Source: an uncultured Methanosarcinales archaeon
GTDB lineage: Archaea; Nanobdellota; Nanobdellia; Woesearchaeales; ARS49
NCBI GenBank assembly: GCA_964362535.1
Contig: CAYIEN010000004.1
Span: 3,571-62,689, forward strand
Direction: 5' to 3'
DNA: 59,119 nucleotides
Shown here: positions 8,063-15,604 of the stretch, in pieces
How the letters are laid out: the number at the start of each line of letters is the position of its first letter
Numbering within the stretch: position 1 is the first letter of the stretch
Program-made: the position numbers and the translations under genes
The notes under the pieces: model-generated
Seen by the model: the letters and a program-made list of their open reading frames with translations, nothing else
What the model was told of the DNA's origin: nothing
Database searches by the model: none

Positions 8063-9936
8063 TGTCGCATCACCTTTACTTGAGCAAAGGATTTGCCAAT
8101 GATGCTTTCATATTTGAAGTCGGTGAGCATTCGTTTTTTTGAGATGGGGTAGATGGTGAGTTGGGCGGGGCTGAGGGCGTAGAGATAGTTGTCGACTGAG
8201 TCAAATGCGATATTTGCGACGGGGGCTTTGATATCTACGCTATCGAGGTGACTGATTTTGCCGTCAAAGGTAGACAAGGAGACTTCATTTCCGCAAGTTG
8301 CAAACAGAAGAATGTCTTGACTGTCTCGGGCATATGCGAGTGCGGTGCCGCCGGTTGCAGGGCAAAGATCGCCACAGGAGGTGTTGGTTATGTGAATCAT
8401 GGGTGCGCCTGCGTGTTTTCCGTGCATTGCAAAAATGCCGTTTTGGAGTATGTGCAGGGAGCGTGGTTCCGTGATATCAAGTTTTCGTAGCAAGGTGGAT
8501 TTGCCATCTGTCCACTGATAAATTTCGCCGATTGCGGTTCCAAGATAAATTTGGCCATCCGTGACCGCGATTACTTCGGCAGGGATGTCTAATTTGTGTT
8601 CGAGGTCTCCTTGGTGTAATATTTGCGTTGTTTTGCGGTCTTCAATGGCGTAAATAATTTTTTGGTAAATGGCGGCATCCGAGAAGCATCCGGGGCGGTA
8701 GAGTTTGAATCCTTGGGTGTTTCCGCGGAAGAGTCCGCGTACGCTTGTTGCGGCGAGGAGTTCGTTTTCAGATGCAGAAAGTGAAGGGAGTGGCGCAGGA
8801 ATTTTAATGCGGACTTCCTGTTGCTGATTTTGTCGGTGGTGGTATGAAGCGATGCGGACTTCGCCTGCGGAGCGGTCGAATACGGCTGCGTGGCTCCAGG
8901 TCGGTCTGTAGGTTGGCATTGCTTCTTGTTCTTGTTTGATGTGGATGCAGAGTGTTGCGAAGTCTTCGTCTTCTTTGCACTTTTTGGCGGCGTCGATAGG
9001 TTTTGTGACGGTGGTTGCGCGGTAGGTTCCTTTTTCGGTGAGTCTGTTTACAAGCGGGGTGGTGATGACTGCGCCATCGGCAAAGTCGCAGGGCTGGCCC
9101 CAAAGGAATGGAGGTCTATTTTTTTTGGTGCCGCGGAGAGCGAAGTCAGAGAGGGATGCGGTTATTTCCTGGGAAGTGCTTCCAAAGGCGGCCATGTAGC
9201 TTTCGCCCATATTTTTGATTTCTTCCACTATTTTTTCGAGTGTTGGGCGGTATTCGATAGGACCGTGCATAGGTGGGAGTATAACGATGGTATTTCCTCC
9301 GTGTTCACCGAGGATGCAGGATTCGCGAACGTGCCTTTGTGTGATGTTTGCAGGGTCTCGGATTTGCGCATCTCTTAGCAACGCTTTTAACCGTTCATTT
9401 TTCGGGTCAAATGCGACAATTTGTCCTTGTTCGAAATGTTTTTCTTTCGCGAGCTGGTATGCCAAGGAATGCGTGGGGTTTGTAACGAGAACAATTTGGC
9501 TTTTGGTTTTTAGTTCGATAAATTTGTTGGCAAGGTCTTGGAGGACAGAATAGTTGGAGGGAAAGAGTTTTTTGCGGTTGTCTTGTTCCCACATGAAGTT
9601 GCTGTTTTTGGCGCCTGCAAGGGATTCGTAGCACAAAAAGGTGATTTCTGCTTCCTGTGCGATTTCTTCTACGGATGCGTAACGAATGTTTCTTGCGCGG
9701 GCTTCTTGAGGTTCGAGATGCAGCGGACCTTGAATAAAAAGTCGGATTTTTTCTTTGTCTTGAATGGTATCGCGATTGTTGAGGAGAAGTCCGCCGAGTC
9801 CGTGGATTTTTCCGCGGTCCTCGAGTTTGATTGCGAGAGCATGTCCGACAGAACTATTGCTGCCGATGCCGATGATGCCGATGCGGGGGCCCCGCTTTGT
9901 GTACATCCCATCCACCGAGTCTTGCATGAGCGCCAT
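8059..9936 (-). CDS. Lactate/malate dehydrogenase-fold domain fused to a C-terminal beta-propeller-like domain
   Basis: IGIIGIGS..VG Rossmann motif, R.KLF..N, VLVTNP, ILGEHG in the first ~340 aa; C-terminal strands such as DGQIYLGT..GEIYQW and IAFDSVDNYLYAL. Confidence 0.7.
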   Translation of the reverse strand: MALMQDSVDGMYTKRGPRIGIIGIGSNSSVGHALAIKLEDRGKIHGLGGLLLNNRDTIQDKEKIRLFIQGPLHLEPQEARARNIRYASVEEIAQEAEITFLCYESLAGAKNSNFMWEQDNRKKLFPSNYSVLQDLANKFIELKTKSQIVLVTNPTHSLAYQLAKEKHFEQGQIVAFDPKNERLKALLRDAQIRDPANITQRHVRESCILGEHGGNTIVILPPMHGPIEYRPTLEKIVEEIKNMGESYMAAFGSTSQEITASLSDFALRGTKKNRPPFLWGQPCDFADGAVITTPLVNRLTEKGTYRATTVTKPIDAAKKCKEDEDFATLCIHIKQEQEAMPTYRPTWSHAAVFDRSAGEVRIASYHHRQNQQQEVRIKIPAPLPSLSASENELLAATSVRGLFRGNTQGFKLYRPGCFSDAAIYQKIIYAIEDRKTTQILHQGDLEHKLDIPAEVIAVTDGQIYLGTAIGEIYQWTDGKSTLLRKLDITEPRSLHILQNGIFAMHGKHAGAPMIHITNTSCGDLCPATGGTALAYARDSQDILLFATCGNEVSLSTFDGKISHLDSVDIKAPVANIAFDSVDNYLYALSPAQLTIYPISKKRMLTDFKYESIIGKSFAQVKVMRQ

Positions 9937-10032
9937 TTGTTTATAAATGTAACTTATTATTAAGTAGTAACGGAATATTTCGGTATTGTTGTTGTATGAA
10001 GGACACTAAATATAGTCGGTTAACTATGTATG

Positions 10033-10053
10033 TTGTAGTGATGACCACTACAA
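10033..10053. promoter_or_regulatory. Palindromic operator candidate between divergent promoters
   Basis: Perfect inverted repeat TTGTAGTG-N5-CACTACAA. Confidence 0.55.
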
Positions 10054-10086
10054 ACATTCAAAAGAATTATAAGTAGAATACTGGTT

Positions 10087-10872
10087 ATGAGTCATACAAT
10101 GCCGAATCCAAAAGAAGATCTTCTTCGTGAATTAGGTTTAAGTGTGAATGAGGCAAAAGTTTACTTAGCGTTGCTGCGTATCGGGTGCGTGAGTGCGGGA
10201 AAAATAGCTGAGGCGTGCAAGCTTCATCGGACGAATGTATATGACTCTCTTGAGCGTCTTGAAGAAAAAGGACTTGTTTCGTTCATCATGAAAGAGGAAA
10301 CAAAACTGTTTGAAGCTGCTGATCCAGAAACGTTCAAGCACGTTCTTGACGAACGCCGAGCGCGTTTTGATGTTATGTTGCCCCAGCTCGCTCTCGACAA
10401 GCAGCTTGGTACAAAAGCAACCGCACAAGTATTTGAAGGCATTTCTGCATGGAAAATAGCGGCGTTCAACCTTTTAAAACACAAACAGACCATCAAAACG
10501 TACGGAGTGCCAAAAAATGCGCCTGAGCTCATGAAACACTTTGTCGACATGTTTCATCAGACTCGCATTCAGAAAAAAATATTGATGCAACATTTGTACA
10601 ACGAAAATGCGAAGGAGCGCATCAAATATTTGAATGGTTTGCAATTTACGGAAGCGAAATATTTACCCCTTGAATTCGATACACCTGTCACGACGACTGT
10701 TTGCGGTAATGAAGTTTTAATTACGCATTGGGATGCTGATCCGGTGACGTTCATTCGCATTGAAAATGCTGCTTTGGCTGATGTGTACCGTAAATATTTT
10801 GATGTGTTGTATGCGCAAGGAAAACTTCCTGATGATGATGTTGCGGGCAAAAGAAAGTTCAGTCGCAAGTAA
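10087..10872 (+). CDS. TrmB-family transcriptional regulator
   Basis: LGLSVNEAKVYLALL, HRTNVYDSLERLEEKGLV wHTH, FEAADPE, C-terminal effector domain. Confidence 0.9.
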   Translation: MSHTMPNPKEDLLRELGLSVNEAKVYLALLRIGCVSAGKIAEACKLHRTNVYDSLERLEEKGLVSFIMKEETKLFEAADPETFKHVLDERRARFDVMLPQLALDKQLGTKATAQVFEGISAWKIAAFNLLKHKQTIKTYGVPKNAPELMKHFVDMFHQTRIQKKILMQHLYNENAKERIKYLNGLQFTEAKYLPLEFDTPVTTTVCGNEVLITHWDADPVTFIRIENAALADVYRKYFDVLYAQGKLPDDDVAGKRKFSRK

Positions 10873-10886
10873 CGCGCAGGCATACC

Positions 10887-11037
10887 TTTATAAAGCACTC
10901 TTCAGAAAAAGAGGGTATCGACAGGAAAGGTAGCGTTTCCGATGTTAACTGCGGAAATGGCCGGGCGATTGTTCGGCAATGATTATTCTCAGAATAATCC
11001 GTGTCTATCTTTGTTTGTCAGACACGGAGTGAACAAT
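10887..11037 (+). promoter_or_regulatory. TATA box plus ~120-nt structured 5' leader of the DEAD-box helicase
   Basis: TTTATAAA at 10887-10894; four consecutive hairpins at 10934-11028, the last covering part of the SD GGAGTGA (11026-11032). Confidence 0.55.
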
Positions 11038-12324
11038 ATGAAATTTAGTGAATTGAATATCAAGGCAGAACATAAGGCAGCTCTCGCGGCGATGGGTATC
11101 GAAACCCCGACGCCTGTTCAAGAAGGCTCGTTGCCGATGCTTTTGGCAGGCAAAGATCTCGTAGCAAGAGCCAAGACTGGTTCTGGTAAAACAATTGCAT
11201 TCTTGCTTCCTATCTTGCAAAAGTTGGAAGCGACTGCGCACGTGCAAGCGCTTATTCTTGTTCCGACGCGAGAGCTCGCACAGCAGATTTTCAAGGAAGT
11301 CAAAAAGCTCGACACAAAGGTCAAAGCGATTGAAATCTTTGGCGGTGTCAGTATTGTTCCGCAGGTCGAACAGCTTCACGGTTGGGCGCAGATTGTTGTC
11401 GCCACTCCTGGACGTATTCTTGACCACATTCAGAGACGCACAATCAATTTCTCAAACCTCAAATTTGTTGTGTTGGACGAAGCGGACCGTATGATGGATA
11501 TGGGTTTTATTGATGATGTGCGTGATATTTTGAAGCACACGCCTCGTTCAAGACAAACCATGTTGTTCTCGGCAACGATGCCGGAAGCAGTCATTCGTTT
11601 GAGTCAGGAATACATGGTTGATCCACAGCAGTTGATTCTTGACCAGGATGAAATCACGGTCAAAAAAATCCGTCAGGTCTGTTATGGTGTGGACAAGATG
11701 GAAAAGTTAAACACTCTTGTCAAGATTTTACGCAAGAACAATGTCGCGAGATGCATGGTGTTCTGTAACACAAAGACGTGGGCAGATACGCTTACCCGAA
11801 TCTTACAAGGCAAGGGTTTTCGTGTCGCGAGCATTCACTCAAACCTGTCGCAGAACCAGCGTAGCAGAGTCATCGAAGACTTCAAGAAAGGCAAGTTCGA
11901 AGTTTTGGTCGCGACGGACGTTGCTGCACGAGGTTTGCACATTGACGACGTTACACACGTCATTAACTATGACCTTCCGAGAAACCCGAAGGACTACGTT
12001 CACCGAATAGGACGAACGGGTCGCGCTGGCGAAGAAGGCGATGCAATCTCGTTGTTGACGCAGCAAGACGAGCCTTTGTTGAAGGGTATCGAGCGAGAAA
12101 TTCAGATGTTCCTCGAAGTCATTCCGTTGAAGGCAAGCTTTGATGGTACGATTACGGTCGCGAAGCCGCGCGAAATGACTGCTGAAGAATTGGCAGCGAT
12201 GGGCCCAGCAGAAGCGTTTGAGTACTCGAAGAAGCCTCGTCAACAGTTCTCAGGTAGTTTTACTCCTGATGGTGAAAGAAGCGTTCCCGAAAGCAAGAAC
12301 GACGACTGGGACCGTTGGGATTAG
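11038..12324 (+). CDS. deaD: DEAD-box ATP-dependent RNA helicase
   Basis: Q motif PTPVQ, AKTGSGKT, PTRELA, TPGR, DEAD, SAT, ARGLHI, HRIGRTGRAG; start MKFSEL after SD. Confidence 0.97.
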   Translation: MKFSELNIKAEHKAALAAMGIETPTPVQEGSLPMLLAGKDLVARAKTGSGKTIAFLLPILQKLEATAHVQALILVPTRELAQQIFKEVKKLDTKVKAIEIFGGVSIVPQVEQLHGWAQIVVATPGRILDHIQRRTINFSNLKFVVLDEADRMMDMGFIDDVRDILKHTPRSRQTMLFSATMPEAVIRLSQEYMVDPQQLILDQDEITVKKIRQVCYGVDKMEKLNTLVKILRKNNVARCMVFCNTKTWADTLTRILQGKGFRVASIHSNLSQNQRSRVIEDFKKGKFEVLVATDVAARGLHIDDVTHVINYDLPRNPKDYVHRIGRTGRAGEEGDAISLLTQQDEPLLKGIEREIQMFLEVIPLKASFDGTITVAKPREMTAEELAAMGPAEAFEYSKKPRQQFSGSFTPDGERSVPESKNDDWDRWD

Positions 12325-12327
12325 TTC

Positions 12328-12351
12328 TTTTTTTCTTTTTATTTTTTTCTT
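12328..12351 (+). terminator. Oligo-T archaeal terminator after the helicase
   Basis: T-tract directly after the stop at 12324. Confidence 0.55.
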
Positions 12352-12391
12352 AGAAACCCTTAAAAAGCCTCATCAGTACATTTCCTTCATC

Positions 12392-12511
12392 GCGCCGGTA
12401 GCGAAGCGGTCAAACGCGGGGGACTTAAACGTCCGTCAACTACTTTGGTTGATACGCAACTGAGCAATCCTTTGTCTTAGGACTTCGGAGGTTCGAATCC
12501 TCCCCGGCGCA
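12392..12511 (+). tRNA. trnL: tRNA-Leu(UAA) with 37-nt canonical 37/38 intron (12430-12466)
   Basis: Acceptor GCGCCGG/CCGGCGC plus A73; anticodon TAA at 12426-12428; BHB with central helix CUUA/UGAG and bulges AAC and CAA; long variable arm GTC-TTAG-GAC; T arm GGAGG-TTCGAAT-CCTCC; CCA not encoded. Confidence 0.95.
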
Positions 12512-12565
12512 TCAGTGTCGGGGGCTCACCGAATTAGCAGGTTCGGTGTTTGTCCCCGGCGCATC
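12501..12565 (+). repeat. 13-bp direct repeat of the tRNA 3' end, second copy inside a GC hairpin
   Basis: TCCCCGGCGCATC at 12501-12513 and 12553-12565. Confidence 0.7.
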
Positions 12566-12753
12566 TGTCCGCAGGGGGTTGAAGGGGGAGTGGCGGTGGA
12601 ACTCCCCCTGATATTCTCGCGGAGCGTTTATTTTCAGTCAGTTATCCGTTGGGTGTTTTTCTCATTTGGTTTTGCAATAATGACACGTTTCCAGTATACA
12701 CTTTTCCGCACCAACTATCTTTAAATACTAGTTAAACCCTTTATAAGCATCCG

Positions 12754-13515
12754 ATGTCAGCGATTCTCTCCGACCCATTGTTCCGCTACTTGGTGAAGTT
12801 CCATGTCGTCGAGAATTTCTACAAAAGATCACTCAGAATTTCAACAAAAGACGGCGATGAAAACCACAAATTAATCGCCCCGCTCATCATCCGAGACTTG
12901 CCATCGATGCAGTCGCACGTCAAACAGCAATTATCCTTCCGCGCATTGAATGGTTTGGACATCCGCCAAATCTTTATTGATGAGGCTGGCAAAGACGGAG
13001 CGTACATTCTTGAAAAATCCATGCTCAGCAACAAAGTATTCATGCATGGCATGGTCGCAAACGTATTGCGCGACAGCAATTTGAAAACCATCGAAGCTTT
13101 GCAAAAGAAATATTTGCCTTCCGATTACTTGACTCATTTGCCTGACAACATCATCGGCACAAAGACGCAGAACGCGCTCTGTGCAGGTCTCCGAGGTGGC
13201 AAAGCCTACTTGATTAAGCAAACCGCAGTCAACAATTCGAGCGTCGGCAAAGTTTGCCTGTTCGACCAGACCGGGTTGCGCGCGGAATTCTTTTTCAAAC
13301 AAGACTTTAGTGTCCAACGCCCGTCCTCGCACTACTTCCACCCACTTAAACGCATTGTCGGAGTCATCAACGAAAGCCCGACGGTAAACAATGATGATAG
13401 AACAACCCACATCGTCACACCCTTGCAATTAGGCATCACTCCGAGCAAATACTTGAACTTAGGAGAAAAGATTGCGACGAATTTTAACGATTTGTTGATA
13501 CAGCTCGGCGTTTAG
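12754..13515 (+). CDS. Hypothetical protein
   Basis: 253-aa ORF with upstream TATA-like boxes; no motif recognised. Confidence 0.6.
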   Translation: MSAILSDPLFRYLVKFHVVENFYKRSLRISTKDGDENHKLIAPLIIRDLPSMQSHVKQQLSFRALNGLDIRQIFIDEAGKDGAYILEKSMLSNKVFMHGMVANVLRDSNLKTIEALQKKYLPSDYLTHLPDNIIGTKTQNALCAGLRGGKAYLIKQTAVNNSSVGKVCLFDQTGLRAEFFFKQDFSVQRPSSHYFHPLKRIVGVINESPTVNNDDRTTHIVTPLQLGITPSKYLNLGEKIATNFNDLLIQLGV

Positions 13516-13990
13516 TTACTTTTTTGACAATGTCTTCGAGAAATTCTGGAAGGATTTTTGCGATTGATTTGTGAACCGTGCTTACATCCCAGCCTTCATT
13601 TGCACTTTTGACGCTTTCTGAAAACGGGGTTGATGATTCTCGATTTGAATGTTCTGAACCATGCATGAGTGTTGTCCTTTTACGCGTTACGGAAAGGTAC
13701 GCATAGGAATGACTACTCCCGCCAACAGAATATGTTCCATATGAACTTGAAGAATTACCGCGAGTGGCTTTGATTTCTAAAATGCCTCTTTTGAACGTGT
13801 GTATTTCACCAACATCACTTCGTGAGGTGCGATCCGAACCCTCTCCACTAAAAGTACTGCGGTCATAGGTTTCTTTTTTCCCGTACTTATTTACGAGAAC
13901 ATACAATTGTTGGACAACTTGTGCAGGGGTAACTTGTTTAAGATCACTCATATTAGCACTTCCCACTTTGCTCGCAAGCATGATTTCCAA
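13484..13990 (-). CDS. Hypothetical Ser/Gly-rich protein
   Basis: ORF; true start probably MSDLKQ near 13951. Confidence 0.5.
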   Translation of the reverse strand: MEIMLASKVGSANMSDLKQVTPAQVVQQLYVLVNKYGKKETYDRSTFSGEGSDRTSRSDVGEIHTFKRGILEIKATRGNSSSSYGTYSVGGSSHSYAYLSVTRKRTTLMHGSEHSNRESSTPFSESVKSANEGWDVSTVHKSIAKILPEFLEDIVKKVTKRRAVSTNR

Positions 13991-14522
13991 TGCTGTTCAA
14001 CTGTAATTGTATTTCGGTAACGCTTTCTGCGCCGTATGAAATCAGCATTTTGTCCAAGTCGTTGATTTCGGTGTGTGCTAAGTCAGGAACGATTTTGCCG
14101 TTGACGTAATACTTGATACTTCTTCCATTGCCGTCACAGAACTCCTTTTCGTTAATGACCAAACAGTCACCGAGGTCGATGCCGATGGTTTCGAAGAACA
14201 TGCCGTACGGGATTCCCGTCGCGTGCGTATGAATGACAAACGGAGAAACATCAGGCGTTTCCAAATGCACAAGCGTGTGGCGTTCCTGATATTCTTCTTT
14301 TGTGAAGTCAATCTGGCGGCCGTTGATGTACATCAAAAAGTCAGCGTGTTCGTGCGTGCTGTCATAATCACCTATGTGAGACAAGGATTGAATGTTTTGG
14401 TACGCTCGAGCATATGTTGAGATGTCTTGCGATTGTTTGTATGCAAAAACGCCCATTCCAAGAATAATCAAGCCAAGAACAACGTAAATGCCAAACATAA
14501 ACCGAATCGTGCTTCGTTTCAT
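13953..14522 (-). CDS. Membrane-anchored His-rich conserved protein (H.HADF...HLE...IH.H)
   Basis: N-terminal TM helix; conserved His pattern; YYVNG. Confidence 0.7.
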   Translation of the reverse strand: MKRSTIRFMFGIYVVLGLIILGMGVFAYKQSQDISTYARAYQNIQSLSHIGDYDSTHEHADFLMYINGRQIDFTKEEYQERHTLVHLETPDVSPFVIHTHATGIPYGMFFETIGIDLGDCLVINEKEFCDGNGRSIKYYVNGKIVPDLAHTEINDLDKMLISYGAESVTEIQLQLNSIGNHACEQSGKC

Positions 14523-14672
14523 ACAAAAACAAGTTTTCCGACGATATAAAAAGATTTGTGTGATTCAACAATAGAATGTTTGCATTCAAACACAACGTTT
14601 CTAATCACTATTGTTTACGCTAATAATGCTTATATACGTCGGTCGCACTTACAAAAAGTACAAAAGGGGTGT

Positions 14673-14712
14673 GGGCAGTGGGATGATTTTTCGCGGGGTC
14701 ATCCCACTGTCT
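14673..14712 (+). terminator. GC hairpin followed by T-tract
   Basis: GGCAGTGGGATGA...TCATCCCACTGTC then TTTTTCTT. Confidence 0.5.
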
Positions 14713-14713
14713 G

Positions 14714-14860
14714 TTTTTCTTCCAAACTTTCAGAAAGTTTGATCAAAGTCCTTCTTGTTCACGCTCGGGAAACTGAGAAATAGAACGTTCGCGTTGCGAA
14801 CGTGAATAAAACTTTTCCCTCGCCTTCACAAAGTCGGACGATTACTCGCTTCGCTCTGTT
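14714..14860 (+). repeat. Structured intergenic repeat, copy 1
   Basis: 14749-14860 aligns without gaps to the reverse complement of 20411-20522 (about 86/112 identical by manual count); homology extends through an AT hairpin. Confidence 0.85.
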
Positions 14861-14888
14861 CGAATAGAGTTAAAGTAAATAAGAACAA

Positions 14889-15308
14889 CTACTTCCGCAT
14901 CTTTTCAGCGAGTAGTTTGAACAGTTCAGGTTGAATCTTAAGGATGTCTTTGCCGGTGATGAAGCCGACGAATTGTTCTTTTTTGTTCATGACGGGCAAG
15001 TGTCTGACGTTGTGGTCGCGCATGAGTGTGATTGCTTCTTCGATGTTTTGTTCTTCGCGGACGACGATGAGGTTTGATTCCATGATGTCGTCAACGAGGG
15101 TTTTTGAGGGTAAAACGTTTTTGAGTACGCATTTGCGGACTAAATCCTGTTCGGTGATGATGCCGACGACGCCGGGGCCGTCTTTGACCAATAACGAGCC
15201 GACGTGCAAATCAGACATGATTTTGGCGCATTGCTGCAGGTTCGTGCCTGGGGGAACGGTCACGGGCTGTTTGGTCATGACTTCTTTCACCAGTTTGGTT
15301 GTTTTCAT
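14889..15308 (-). CDS. Stand-alone tandem CBS (Bateman) domain protein
   Basis: VKEVMTK.PVTV, VGSLLV, VGIITEQDL, VRHLPV, VGFITGKDI; start MKTTKL. Confidence 0.93.
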   Translation of the reverse strand: MKTTKLVKEVMTKQPVTVPPGTNLQQCAKIMSDLHVGSLLVKDGPGVVGIITEQDLVRKCVLKNVLPSKTLVDDIMESNLIVVREEQNIEEAITLMRDHNVRHLPVMNKKEQFVGFITGKDILKIQPELFKLLAEKMRK

Positions 15309-15604
15309 TGTGTTCCTTTGCACGTGCAGCCGATTTGGGTGCGGCACGTTCCCTTACAAGAATTAACCATAGGCAAGCCTGTATTTATTGTTTGCGTACG
15401 ATACTGCGCGGCGGTTTCTTCCAAGGTTGGTCGCGGAGCGTCTTTTCCTGCGTAAGGAGTTACGGACAAATCAGTTGGCTCTTGCTGCAGATACGCGGGC
15501 AAGACTCCTCTGCCTGTGTATGCGCGTACTCCGCCTCCGGAATAGGCTTCGCGTGTGCAGCCTCCGCGTGTGGGTCCATCAACACGGACGTCATAATTAG
15601 CCAT
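15305..15604 (-). CDS. Small Gly/Tyr-rich protein with Cys-cluster tail (CxxxC-x5-CxC)
   Basis: Fills the gap exactly: 8-nt overlap with the upstream gene and ATGA overlap with the CBS start. Confidence 0.6.
   Translation of the reverse strand: MANYDVRVDGPTRGGCTREAYSGGGVRAYTGRGVLPAYLQQEPTDLSVTPYAGKDAPRPTLEETAAQYRTQTINTGLPMVNSCKGTCRTQIGCTCKGTQ

Noticed and set aside
10942-11037. N-terminal extension of the DEAD-box helicase in the ORF track
   Set aside because: Homology starts at MKFSEL, which has its own SD; the upstream part looks like structured UTR
12515-12724. 69-aa ORF after the tRNA
   Set aside because: Runs through GC hairpins, GTG start with no SD, no protein-like features
14556-14783. 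75-aa intergenic ORF
   Set aside because: Overlaps promoter, hairpin and repeat; likely spurious
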